From Octopus bimaculoides (lineage: Eukaryota): a stretch of 64,000 nucleotides of DNA. A program made the translations under genes and the position numbers. Within the stretch, counting starts at the first letter, position 1. Each line of letters starts with the position of its first letter. Shown piece by piece: positions 1 through 11,846 of the stretch. The notes beneath the pieces are model-generated. The model made no database searches. It saw only the letters and a list, made by a program, of their open reading frames with translations, and was not told the DNA's origin. The DNA lies in NCBI RefSeq assembly GCF_001194135.2, contig NC_069001.1, positions 12,677,066 through 12,741,065 of the forward strand, in the 5' to 3' direction.

Positions 1-45
<45 letters not shown>

Positions 46-334
46 TATATTATATATATGTACGAATGTAACTGAGTATTACTGCGTCTCTTCAAAAAGA
101 AGTTACGCAAATAATTAAGACATCAACATACTGATTTCCTTGTAATCCAGTGGTTATACCTATCTACATACATACATACATACATACATACATACATACA
201 TACTACCTACCTACCTACATGCATACATACATATATACATGCACACATACATGCATACAAATATATACACATAAGTACATATAAATAAATAGGAATGTAT
301 ATGTATATTTATGTATATGTATGAATATATATAA

Positions 335-368
<34 letters not shown>

Positions 369-594
369 NNNNNNNNNNATATATACATATATATATATAT
401 ATATATACATATTTATATATATACATATGCATATGAATATATGCATGCATCCATACACAATATTATTACAGAAGTGACGTGGGAGAACTAACGTTGATTT
501 TATAAGTTTATAACAATTGCATAATCTTGTTAGCTATATGATAGATTCTACCTCGATATTAACATACATTTTTTAATAAATTATACACAGTTGC

Positions 595-626
<32 letters not shown>

Positions 627-654
627 ATGTGTGTGTGTGTGTGTGTATATCTAT

Positions 655-900
655 ATATCCAAAGAGCCTGAGGAATCTGCACAAAGTAGATGTAGGAGTT
701 TTAAAATCAAAGGTGGACCTCTTCCTATCGAGAGTCCCAGATGAACCTATCTCGCGGCAGGAGGTGCAAATGAGGGTTGCTAAATCAAACTCCATTCTTC
801 ACCAAGTGCCACATATTGTAAGAGGCTCCCTGTAATAACAGTGTAGCAACACGGTGGTGCATCAGCATGACCGCAGCTCAAAGCTGAAACTTTCAAAAAA
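655..900 (+). mobile_element. CR1-clade LINE 3' end (ORF2 C-terminus, 3' UTR, A-tail)
   Basis: Translates PKSLRNLHKVDVGVLKSKVDLFLSRVPDEPISRQ...SNSILHQ, resembling CR1 ORF2 termini. Followed by a short UTR ending GCTGAAACTTTCAAAAAA at the gap. Confidence 0.75.
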
Positions 901-1880
901 NNNNNNNNNNNNNNNNNNNNNNNNNNNNNNNNNNNNNNNNNNNNNNNNNNNNNNNNNNNNNNNNNNNNNNNNNNNNNNNNNNNNNNNNNNNNNNNNNNNN
1001 NNNNNNNNNNNNNNNNNNNNNNNNNNNNNNNNNNNNNNNNNNNNNNNNNNNNNNNNNNNNNNNNNNNNNNNNNNNNNNNNNNNNNNNNNNNNNNNNNNNN
1101 NNNNNNNNNNNNNNNNNNNNNNNNNNNNNNNNNNNNNNNNNNNNNNNNNNNNNNNNNNNNNNNNNNNNNNNNNNNNNNNNNNNNNNNNNNNNNNNNNNNN
1201 NNNNNNNNNNNNNNNNNNNNNNNNNNNNNNNNNNNNNNNNNNNNNNNNNNNNNNNNNNNNNNNNNNNNNNNNNNNNNNNNNNNNNNNNNNNNNNNNNNNN
1301 NNNNNNNNNNNNNNNNNNNNNNNNNNNNNNNNNNNNNNNNNNNNNNNNNNNNNNNNNNNNNNNNNNNNNNNNNNNNNNNNNNNNNNNNNNNNNNNNNNNN
1401 NNNNNNNNNNNNNNNNNNNNNNNNNNNNNNNNNNNNNNNNNNNNNNNNNNNNNNNNNNNNNNNNNNNNNNNNNNNNNNNNNNNNNNNNNNNNNNNNNNNN
1501 NNNNNNNNNNNNNNNNNNNNNNNNNNNNNNNNNNNNNNNNNNNNNNNNNNNNNNNNNNNNNNNNNNNNNNNNNNNNNNNNNNNNNNNNNNNNNNNNNNNN
1601 NNNNNNNNNNNNNNNNNNNNNNNNNNNNNNNNNNNNNNNNNNNNNNNNNNNNNNNNNNNNNNNNNNNNNNNNNNNNNNNNNNNNNNNNNNNNNNNNNNNN
1701 NNNNNNNNNNNNNNNNNNNNNNNNNNNNNNNNNNNNNNNNNNNNNNNNNNNNNNNNNNNNNNNNNNNNNNNNNNNNNNNNNNNNNNNNNNNNNNNNNNNN
1801 NNNNNNNNNNNNNNNNNNNNNNNNNNNNNNNNNNNNNNNNNNNNNNNNNNNNNNNNNNNNNNNNNNNNNNNNNNNNNNNN
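901..1880. other. Assembly gap (N run). Other gaps: 369-378, 3909-3918, 14265-14364, 17097-17991, 25125-25652, 26546-26645, 29447-29669, 41591-41796, 43103-43402, 43962-44166, 47390-47805, 48310-48515, 55891-56437
   Basis: Direct reading. Most gaps abut (TA)n or (TG)n tracts, typical of short-read assembly breaks. Confidence 1.
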
Positions 1881-1922
<42 letters not shown>

Positions 1923-2011
1923 TTTATGCATTTATGCATGTGTGTATGTATGTGGAGATGTGAAGATAAATACGTACATAGTTGATAAAAATTTCAATAG
2001 TCACATATGCA

Positions 2012-2062
<51 letters not shown>

Positions 2063-2084
2063 AAATTCAATCGGATCTAGTTGC

Positions 2085-2306
2085 CATTATCCAATGGGCG
2101 CGGAAAGATAACATGCAACTGATAGAGAACAAGTTTGAGTTAATCCACTCTGGTAAAGAGACTGCACTTTAGCAGCCATATATTCTTCCTTCAGGCGAAT
2201 ACCTTACGACATCGAATACCGCTAGAGACCTCGGTGTGACCCCATGCCATGGCGTGCTATACAGAAATCGTGCTCTCAACACATCACAACACTAAGACAT
2301 AATTCC
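2085..2306 (+). mobile_element. Decayed CR1-clade LINE reverse-transcriptase fragment
   Basis: W..KDNMQLIENKFELIHSGKE..*QPYILPSGEYLTTSNTARDLGV (DLGV motif), with an in-frame stop. A later HITTLRHNS piece follows an apparent deletion. Confidence 0.7.
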
Positions 2307-3918
2307 AAAAGGTATAAAGGAGGAAAAAAAATTCATAACATTCAGAAAGTTCCAGTATGCCAAAGGTATGCAATAATTATCTTTCAGGTCCCTTTAACAG
2401 AAGAGATTATGTGATGGAAGGGACTGAATAATATCATCCATTGTTTTTGGCCAAGCTAACATCAACTCTGATGTGCTGCCTCCGAGGTAAATGGAGAAAA
2501 GATAACTGGGGGTGATGAGCAAGGATCTTGTGAGCGGTCCTTCTATGGGTATATGTATATGCCTGGAGATTGGCGAAGGGCAACTTGGAGACGGTGCATG
2601 TCTTAGTGGTCAGGAGGTCCATGCATTTGCGTGGGTTTTCCACAAGTAACACTTGCAAGTCTCTCATTTTTGCGCATTCACGATAAATACCCTAAATGTA
2701 CCTTTTGAAACAATCGATATATTTGTAAATAAATACTAAACTTCAATGGCTGAAGGAACTACATGCCTTGAAGAAACTACATGAAGTTAATGATTGTTGA
2801 AATTTCTCTCGCAATAACCGGTCTTTGGAGACGTTTTGCTGACTAGGAAGTGATATCAATCACTTAGTAGTTACGTTGCCCAACCATCTTATGTAAACGA
2901 ACCTCAAACTTTTTCTATAAGAAATTCTTTCTATGGTTTCAAGACAAGAACTGTGATCTCTAAATCTACAAAGCCCCAATGAAATGCCTGACGAAGTATT
3001 TCATTTATTTTTCAACATTAACGTATTGCGCAAAAAAAAAATTATAATACATAAATAACACAAAGATATACAAATTACTTTCCCCTCTTGAACTATATCT
3101 CTGAAATCTCCAAAGCCCATCATCCTCATTAATTCCTTCATAATGTCATCCAATATCTAGACAAATAATGGTAGTTTTCTTTTTGTTCTAACACTTAACA
3201 TCAGTTTTTTTTTCTATATAAATATATATTTTCCTCGGTGTCTTTCTACGCTTGATATAACATTCAAACATCAAATCTGTTTGCTAATGTAACAACTTAA
3301 TTTCATGGTTCTTAATTATGATTTTCTGCATTGCCTATTATATTATATTTTATTATGTTTTTGTTTTCATACGCCATCTCAGCTTTCGGCTTTAGTTGTT
3401 TAAAATTATTTCTGAATATATAATTGCAGTACTAACGATTGGATTATAGCCTTTGGTCTCATCATATTTCTCAGCAACACTAAGTAGTTTTCTTTTGTTT
3501 GTATTTTTGTTTCATCTGAATTGGAAATGTAATTCTATTCGTTTTATACGTCTATTACGAACTTCCTATAATGCTATATTTTATTCTTTTTTCCTTTTAA
3601 TTTTTTGTTAAGGAATATATTTCTGTAATTCCCAGTATGTACTGCGATCAAATTCCTGTAATATAAAATAGTACAGAGCTGTCTGTCGGAGATCAAGCGA
3701 TAGCAGCATCCGTAGACTAATAATAATAATAATAATAATAAAATGTGTCTGTAGGTATTATATGAATATGTATACATATGTACATATATATATATATATA
3801 TATATACATATATGTGTGTGTGTGTATATGTGTATGTACGTATGTATGTATATAAATATGATATATATATATATATATACACATATATGTGTGTGTGTGT
3901 ATATGTGTNNNNNNNNNN

Positions 3919-3975
<57 letters not shown>

Positions 3976-3991
3976 TATATGCATATATATA

Positions 3992-4300
3992 TACACGAGG
4001 GGTTGCCAAAATGTTCGTGGCTTTGGGCTAAACAAAATCCAGGAGGGTTAGTTAATTATGCTTGCACACAACATGTCCCCCTCTCAGTGCCTGGAATTTC
4101 CTCAGCACAATGGCTCACATCTGTTCTAGATCTTCAGAGTACACGTTGGTATCGATGGTTCCACGGTCGGAATGGAACTCGCAGTGAATTATCCACTCAT
4201 AATTTCACCATACGCATATCATCCCTTTACGTTCGAAACGTCCATGTTTGTTGACATGTTCTGGATGTTGGCCCTTGCTTAAAGACTATTTATGAATGTT
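3992..4300 (-). mobile_element. Mariner transposon relic (central transposase fragment plus TIR)
   Basis: Minus strand GRFERKGMICVW*NYEWIIHCEFHSDRGTIDTNVYSEDLEQM*AIVLRKFQAL resembles mariner KVMLSVWWDY.GI.HFELL...TI....Y. TIR-like TACACGAGGGGTTGCCAAAA at the left end. Confidence 0.65.
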
Positions 4301-4858
4301 AGGATCGCGGGAAAATATCTCTCTTGGATAAATATTTATCAAAAGCCAATTTTCCTTTAAATGTATTGAATATAAATCCAGTTTTACATTTATAATTTAG
4401 AAACGCAGCGTTTGAGAGACCAATGACAGATTTAAGACTCAGATGACATTTAAGCTCTGGCTAATAATCACGGTGTGAATGCATTCTATGCCAGTCTGAG
4501 AGGTTTGTGTGATCTCAGAAAAATAGTAATGCAGGTATGAGGAATATAGACAGCTTACAGCTCTAGATCATGGAAAGTGCTATCATGAAACGTAAAATGT
4601 AATGGTAATAGTGGGACGATTCTCGAGTCATAGAAATCAAATGACCCCTTAGCCAGGTCCCATGGCCTATCAGTGACAGAGATCACAGCGAATGCCCTTA
4701 AAGGGAGGCTAGTACATCGATTGGTTACTCATTTACAGTAGAATGGAATGAGATGAAATGATGTGTTTTGGTCAATAACCCAGTGCACCGTGCGGCGTCA
4801 TCTTCGGCAAATGTCTTCTACTACATATGTGTTTGTATGTCTTTTGGGGTGTGACTTA

Positions 4859-4990
4859 GTGGAGGTGCGTGGCTTAGTGGTTATTGTGTTGGACGCACGA
4901 TCGTAAGACAGTGGTTTCGATTTCATAACCGGGAAACGCGTTGTGTTCTTGAGCAAAACACTTCACGTTGCTCCAGTCCACTCAACATTA
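4859..4990 (+). mobile_element. tRNA-headed CORE-type SINE, 3'-truncated
   Basis: A box TGGCTTAGTGG, B box GGTTTCGATTTC, then GTTGTGTTCTTGAGCAAAACACTTCA...CTCCAGTCCACTCA body. Confidence 0.75.
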
Positions 4991-5006
4991 GCAATAGGTA
5001 TCACTA

Positions 5007-5152
5007 GTGGAGGCGCGTCGCTTTGTGGTTAGGGTGTTGGAGTCACGATCGTAAGATTCTGGTTTCGATCCCTAGACCGGGCGATCCGTTGTGTTCTTCA
5101 GCAAAACACTTCAGTTCAGGTTACTTCACTCCACTCAGCTGTAGAAATGAGT
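5007..5152 (+). mobile_element. Second tandem copy of the same SINE head and body
   Basis: GTGGAGGCGCGT...GGTTAGGGTGTTGG...GGTTTCGATCCC...TTGTGTTCTTCAGCAAAACACTTCA...CCACTCAGCTG, directly repeating 4859-4990. Confidence 0.75.
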
Positions 5153-5324
5153 TTAGATTGGAGAGGATGGAGCTACGCCAGGCTTTATCGCCCTAGATAC
5201 GGTTGAAGAAGTACTCTTTTGAATCGCAGAATCCTAGGGCCGATTACCGGTTTACTATGGCATCTAAGTGACAGATATTACAATATTTACACCCAACGAA
5301 ATGCAAGTCCGTCGCAATGCTATT

Positions 5325-5462
5325 TATTCACAGTTGAGTGAACTGGAGCAATGTGAAGTTAACTGTCTGGCTTAAGATGACAACGCAACGCCCAGTTTGG
5401 GAATAGAATCCGCGACACTGAGATCGTGAGTTCAACACCCTAACCACGAGGCCACGTGTCTT
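5325..5462 (-). mobile_element. CORE-type SINE, reverse orientation
   Basis: Reverse complement of the same head and body (CCCTAACCACGAGGCCACG; GAACTGGAGCAATGTGAA). Confidence 0.65.
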
Positions 5463-5582
5463 CACATCATGGTAGGCAAGTGAGAAAAGTTTAGTGAGCT
5501 TTTATTCCAGCCCTCAACAATATCTCATGCAGCTTTGAACTGTGGCCCAAAAATTCCGAAAGATACCGGTTTGTATCATTGA

Positions 5583-5875
5583 ATAGGCGCGTGGCCTATT
5601 GGTTAGGCTGTTGCACTCATGATCGCTAGATTTTGGGTTCGATTCCCTGACTGGACGGCGCGTTGTGTTCTTCAGCAAAACATTTCATTTCGTGTTACTA
5701 CTCCTTTCGATCCCCCTTTCAATCAGGGGGCAGTGTTGGCCTGCTCGCCTAACCAGAGTCGTGGTGTTATTCGAAGGCTAAAACAATGCAAAAAGCGCAT
5801 TGTGACTAGCGGTGTGTACCAACAACTGATAGCCTGGCCGGTCACGTAATCACGTGATCATTAAACAAGTACCTT
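5583..5875 (+). mobile_element. tRNA-headed SINE with a different 3' tail
   Basis: A box TGGCCTATTGG, B box GGTTCGATTCCC, shared body, then a distinct tail ending GGTCACGTAATCACGTGAT. Confidence 0.7.
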
Positions 5876-5924
5876 GAACTAAAATAATTCCTGGCGTTTC
5901 AAAATGTTTACAGGTGCAGGCAAG

Positions 5925-6180
5925 TTGTGTGGGTAGGAAGCCTGATGTGTATTGATTCTCACTGCATGGGACCTTGGGCAAGTATCTTCTATCAGCATTG
6001 GTGGATCAATGCCTACTGAGTAAAGTCGGTTGATGGAAACTGTTAATAAGCCTGCCATACATGTGTGTGTGTGGTCTTGTTCGTGTGTGATTTTGCGTTT
6101 CTGTGGGAGATTCTTTGTGTGACAACCGCTACTGATATATGACAACCGATGCTAATATATGTTGTGTTGTGTTTTGAAAC
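5925..6180 (+). mobile_element. Degenerate SINE with internal (TG)n, same family as 54868-55332
   Basis: TGTGTGGGTAGGAAGC...CACTGCATGGGACCTTGGGCAAGTATCTTCTA...(TG)n...TGACAACCGATGCT. Confidence 0.5.
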
Positions 6181-6561
6181 AGGGATGCCATTCCAAAATA
6201 CATACTGCAGTAACTGGCGTATCGATTTTGTATATACATTAAGTATGATACACAGATGGCTATAAAAGATGAATCGTCTACAAACGTGGCGGTATGAAAC
6301 TGTAATAGTTGATGTTATTAACCATCTCTTGCGCAATACGCCAATAGCATTATTACTTGAATAACTAAATATAGAACAAACAAACATTGTAAATTGGAAT
6401 ATAACAACAGTTTTTTTAATGTCAAAAGATTAATAATATCCTAGGAGCGTTGCTGTTGTAGTATTGTGTGCAATTGCAAGAACGGGCAGACAAACATTAA
6501 CCTAATTGTTGCTTGAAATAAGATCTCCGCGTTGATATGGAATTTCTGACTTACAAATATT

Positions 6562-6622
6562 TTAATACATAGACCAGATGGAACAGAATGCAAATATGAT
6601 AAGAGGATTTATTTTGTGCCCT
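6562..6622 (-). CDS. Tentative terminal exon with a GPI-signal-like hydrophobic tail (GHKINPLIIFAFCSIWSMY*)
   Basis: Good acceptor TTTTACATGTTGGTTTCAG followed by a short hydrophobic tail and stop. No linking CC-x4-CN exon was found. Confidence 0.2.
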
Positions 6623-6889
6623 CTGAAACCAACATGTAAAACTTGGTTAATTAACTATTTCTAAGTCCTTTGAATTGATTGTCTCCCTATAGGACTCAGT
6701 TAAACAATAAATATCATCTTACGTAAGTATTAACTTGAATATTTTCTTGTATGTCATGTTATGGGCATTTTATCAAATTAGATCGCATTCTCTCCTGTCT
6801 ATAGACATACACACACATACATATATTCATATGTATATATGTATGGATATATGGAGGCAGGTAGGTAAGTATATGCTAATGCGCGTCTA

Positions 6890-6980
6890 CGTTTATTTGT
6901 GAATATATAGTTTAGAGACGAGAAGTTCAAGACAGTGCAGGATGCCAAGGGGCAAGACTTGTTTATGGCTATTGTTGCAG
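6890..6980 (-). CDS. Tentative third exon of the Ly6-like gene: (T)ATIAINKSCPLASCTVLNFSS...
   Basis: Acceptor TTAACAG at 6981 gives a phase-1 continuation with the expected I-x-K-S-C-x4-C motif. The polypyrimidine tract is weak and no good donor follows. Confidence 0.25.
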
Positions 6981-7333
6981 CTGTTAACTCACATATAGTT
7001 AAACAAATTTCTTGTCGGTGAACATCAGACTGGATGCGAATGTGTATGTATGTATGTACGTCCATACGTATGAATGGATGGATATGTGTGTTATACATAC
7101 GTACGCACACACAAAAACATACACAGACAGAGACACATAAGGGAGTACTTAGGTGCAAAACAAGTTAGAAAAATAGCACTTGAATACTAAAGGGGGAGTA
7201 GAGTTTTCTCTTATTAATCCTGAAAGAAAGACCACGAACAAATATCCAAAGAGATTCTGTAGTATCATAGCTGTCTGCGTAACAACTTTGGGTAAGTGTT
7301 TGTAGGGTCTTTCCATTCCTAATAACATGTGTG

Positions 7334-7374
<41 letters not shown>

Positions 7375-7746
7375 GAAAATAAGCAACAAGGATATCTAAA
7401 GGTAATGCAGTACGATCGTTTCAAGCAACTCCATTTAATTGAGCAATGCAATCATTACATCAATTTAAATGCAGAGCAATCCTCAGCTGCATAAAGACAT
7501 AGAATTTAATTAAAACAGATGCATACATTAGTATAATTTTATCTAAAATCTACAAGAAGGTAAGGAGATAGACAAAGAACATGCTGCCTTAGAACCTACT
7601 AAGGTATCAGGAAGAAAGACTTATTACAGATTTTGCTTGTCACTGTTTTGTGGTGTCAGTTTAAATTTATAAACTGTATAAATATACATCCATATATTCA
7701 TATATATATATATATATATATAATACATCTATACATACATACATCT

Positions 7747-7780
<34 letters not shown>

Positions 7781-9001
7781 CATCTATACATACATACATC
7801 TATACATATATATATAATACATCTATACATACATACATCTATACATCTATACATATATACATCTATATATAGTCAATTGAAATAAACAAACAATTAAAAA
7901 TCAGGGGAAAAAAGAAAAAAAGAAAAACACTACTTGAAGATGTGCACAAGAAATATATTAATTTGACGTTCGGTGAAGGGGGAGTTGCTGTTAATACATA
8001 CATATAAACACGCTTACATATATGCAGATATATACATGTATATGTGTGGGTGTTTGTGTGTATGCTTGTGTATGTGTATACGCATATGCGTATGTATATA
8101 TACGCATATGTGTATGTATATATACGCATATGCATACATGCTAGAATTTATTATAACAACACTCATTCCCTCTTTATTCCTAGAACAATTGGGAAGCAGG
8201 CTATGTGTAGTCGTTTCTGAACATTTGTTTAAAATACAATGCTATTTATGCAGAACGAGAGGGTGGTAGGGAGAAATGCTAGAACCATAGGAAGATGAAC
8301 TTCCGACTCCACAAATGTGGTAAGATGGCGGATTCGTTAGTGGAACGGACAAAATGATTCGCGGCATTTTTTTTCTGTACTCTAAATAAATAATTTCAAA
8401 TTCCGCCCAGGTCACCAGCTGAACTTTGTTGTCGATGTAATCGACTATCACCTTTTCTTGGGTCTCTTGCCAAAAACTTGAAATTATAAGGCAGCAAGCT
8501 GATGGAATCTTTACGGCATCGGAAGAAATAATTAACGTCATTTTGTTCGGCACATTACTTTCTGATTTAGATTTTTTTTTTTCGAGGTCCACTTTGAATT
8601 GCATCATTTGGTGTCGCTAAAATAAGTGCGAATCGAGAACTGTGATTTTTGTAATCGGCAAACTCTCTCCTAAAACTGCTCGCCCTGTGCCACAATTTGA
8701 AACCATATATTATCGACTTCAGAAGGGTGAAAAGGACCCCAAAGATACTGCAAGGATATTCAGATACACTGCAGAGATTTCAAGTGAGTGAGCAGAAAAC
8801 CTGTACAAACAAAACAACGCTAGATAGTCTTTCCAGCGCTCTAGCATCTTTATCATTCGCCACTAAAACTATAACCTTGGGTGTTGATAACATAAATTCA
8901 TGGCAGTAGTACAACCAACGTCTTGTCTTCCACGTAATCTACGGGCAGAACGGGCCAGAGCTAGAGAATCAAAGATTCATAATATATATAAGATAACTTA
9001 C

Positions 9002-9136
9002 TATCATAGGTTTGAGTAATTTCGCAGACATCTTGCGAAGGGGAGACGTCTTTGGGACATTCCTTAATATTTTTCGGTTGGTTGCATTCCTTGTCACTCT
9101 TAGAATTTTCACAAACAAAACACCGGATACCGCTCA
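9002..9136 (-). CDS. Internal coding exon, N-terminal half of an LU (Ly6/uPAR) domain: (V)SGIRCFVCENSKSDKECNQPKNIKECPKDVSPSQDVCEITQTYD
   Basis: Strong acceptor TCTTTTTATATTTTTCAG, consensus donor A|GTAAGT, 135 nt phase 1-1 with no stop. Five Cys spaced C-x2-C-x8-C-x8-C-x10-C, as in the first half of quiver/Ly6-type domains. Confidence 0.8.
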
Positions 9137-9369
9137 CTGAAAAATATAAAAAGACACAAGTAAGTTTATTGCTGATTAAAATAAAGACATGTAAGTGGTT
9201 TGTTGTTTTGCTAAAGAGGTTCTAGGGTGTGACATATATAGAGAGAGGGGGAGAGAGAGAGAGACAGACCGACAAACAAACAGACAAAGACAGACGCATA
9301 CAAGTATATAGATAGGTGGATACATAAATGAAAACATAGTTGCAGAGACAGACACACACACACAAATAA

Positions 9370-9589
9370 TAAATGAGCATATGCATATATACGTGCAGGT
9401 ATGTGCATACCTACGTCTACCTGTATATATAGGTGCATATCTGGGTACAGGACATTGCGAACAAAACGTAGACAAGAAAATATTAATAACCAGAGTACAG
9501 AAAACACACAAACCACATAGAGAACATTTTCCTTCATCAGCTACCCCCATTTTAACACCGGCGTTTCGAAGATATACATATATATATAT

Positions 9590-9667
<78 letters not shown>

Positions 9668-9760
9668 GAGTCAGTGAAGCTCTACATAGCCCTGTAAAAT
9701 TACGCGAAACTTGCTTTATTCCGTTTGTATTCACATGAGCATCCGATTCAAGATGTCTCT
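9370..9760 (-). repeat. Interspersed repeat with internal (TA)n, possibly Penelope-associated
   Basis: Minus strand carries CGAAACGCC...AGCTGATGAAGGAAAATG, hammerhead-core-like words next to a (TA)n tract. Classification is from memory only. Confidence 0.3.
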
Positions 9761-10268
9761 TGCTTCTGTCTCTTTCCCCCTTTTCGCCAAACGACCAGCT
9801 CTCCGTGTGTCTGATTCCTGATTTCTCCTACTTCTGTCTCTTTCCCTCTGTTCCGCCAGACGCTCAGCCCTTGCTTTATCAGTTCATTAACCCTTCTATT
9901 CGCATGCCTATCCCGATCTTACGTAAATATTTCGTAAAACACCCATTCGTAATTTGGTGTGGAATAATTTTTTTCTACAAGTCTTTTTAAAATATTTTTT
10001 GGATTGCATTCTATATATTTGTCTCGGAAAGGGTTTGGGGTGGAGGGGAATATTTCTCGGAGCTTTCCAGGAAACTGAGTTTCCAACCAACGGAGCTTTG
10101 TTTTGTGAGTCTTTCTCTTTTCCAGGTTACCTCGCATGCTTTCGACGAATGTGACATCGAATTCACGTAGAAATCACGGGTAAACGGCTCCTTTCCCCAG
10201 AAAATAAAGAATTGGCTGCTATTTCTTGCACACCCTGCTACCATGTAACAACTTCAATGTATTATGTA

Positions 10269-10305
<37 letters not shown>

Positions 10306-10355
10306 GCATACATATATGTCTGTATGCATATATAAACATATGTTTATATACACAC

Positions 10356-10398
<43 letters not shown>

Positions 10399-10715
10399 CG
10401 CGCGCACACGCACGCACGCACACACACTCACACACGTCTTGCTGTCTACACATCAATACTGACAAGGTGTTTTTTAGTACAGTACAATTGGATCAATACC
10501 TAGAGAAGTGATGCTAGCCATTTTTTCTCTATTGATTACACACCGCCTCAGACATTACGACATACACACTTGTTGAACTCTGTTCAGCAGCAAATATTTT
10601 GATTTTGTAATCCACAACGTCACAGTTACCATCGTCGACACGCTCGACATCATCTCCATCGACGTAAATCAGTTTCTCTTCTGGTGGGTGATATCATTAT
10701 TATCAGTATCAATAT

Positions 10716-10950
10716 GGCAGCGGTGAGCTGGCAGAACCGTTAGCACGCCGGGCGAAATGCTTAGCGGTATTTTGCCTTCCGTTACGTTCTGAGTTCAAAT
10801 TCCGCCGAGGTCGACTTTGCCTTTCATCGTTTCGGGGTCGATAAATTAAGCACCAGTTACGCACTGGGGTCGATATAATCGACTTAATCCCTTTGTATGT
10901 CCTTGTTTGTCCCCTCTATGTTTAGCTCCTTGTGGGCAATAAAGAAATAG
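10716..10950 (+). mobile_element. SINE of the GAGCTGGCAGAA...GTCGACTTTGCCTTTCATC...GTCGAT(A/G)TAATCGAC family, near full length
   Basis: At least ten related copies in the window. The central GCCTTTCATCCTTTCGGGGTCGATAAA..AAGTACCAG segment resembles Meta/Sauria-type SINE domains (from memory). A partial second copy follows at about 10951-11030. Confidence 0.75.
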
Positions 10951-11812
10951 GTATTTGTTTTGCTGCTACGTTCTGAGTTCAAATTCTGCCGCGGCCGATA
11001 AATTAACTCCCCTAAAATGGCTGCCCTTGTGGAATCATTTTCAACCATTATTATCATTTTAATGTTATTGCTTTTATTGAGTGAGATAGCAGCGTATTTC
11101 ATCCTTTTATTTCAAAGGAACAATTTTAATATTTTGTGTATCGTAGAAATATAACCAATTTCTTGAAGATGAAACTTTATATGGACGTGCAAGAGCCATA
11201 CGGATCCCGGTTCAAAACCACTTCTCAATTTCAACAATGTCGGACTGCTTAATTCTATTACACGTAAAAGCCTCTCAACTGTATAACCGAAGTGTCGTAC
11301 TCAACGACCATAATTATAGGGAAAATATCCAATGAAATGTGTGCTGCAATTTGACGGTGCAAATAGAAGGAGTAGTGAATGAAGACGTTCAAAGAGTGGG
11401 GTGCGGAGAAACAAATTTAAAATTCTTTGGACGTGTTACCCTCATCCCCAAGACAGACGATCTTTTGATATTGGCAGTGAGATTTGAAGAACTGGTAATT
11501 CCAACAAATGATTTATGGATTAATGGAAAGGAACACATTAACAAGACAGTAAATATTCTCAATATCTGATCCATACACATTAAAATTGATTAGTTGGGCA
11601 GACGATAGATCTTTTGTGAAATGCACTTGATGAATATTTGACGAAAAAATGTAATTAGCTATGCAGAACATCGTATAGCTGTTTGAAGGTTTTCGTAAAT
11701 TATCTGATGTAAAGTTAAGGCGAAAGAGAACATAAATTTCTTTAAAGCACCGAGTGAACTTAGGAATATATTTGCCGTCATATCATACCTATCTATTAAT
11801 TAATCTCCCTCC

Positions 11813-11846
<34 letters not shown>

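Noticed and set aside
8242-8607. 121-aa minus-strand ORF
   Set aside because: Its middle is a decayed SINE fragment (TTCAAATTCCGCC...GTCGATGTAATCGAC) and it crosses a T homopolymer; no family resemblance.
8860-8960. Exon 3 via a 41-nt intron after 9002
   Set aside because: The intron is implausibly short and the product (TLARSARRLRGRQDVGCTTAMNLCYQHPRL*) lacks the LU Cys pattern.
11389-11580. Minus-strand ORF with a signal-peptide-like start (MDQILRIFTVLLMCSFP...) as first exon of the Ly6-like gene
   Set aside because: The only donor-like site (AGG|GTAACA) is phase 0, incompatible with the phase-1 acceptor at 9136. The exon at 13682-13742 fits better. The plus-strand ORF here has no good acceptor and no recognisable family.
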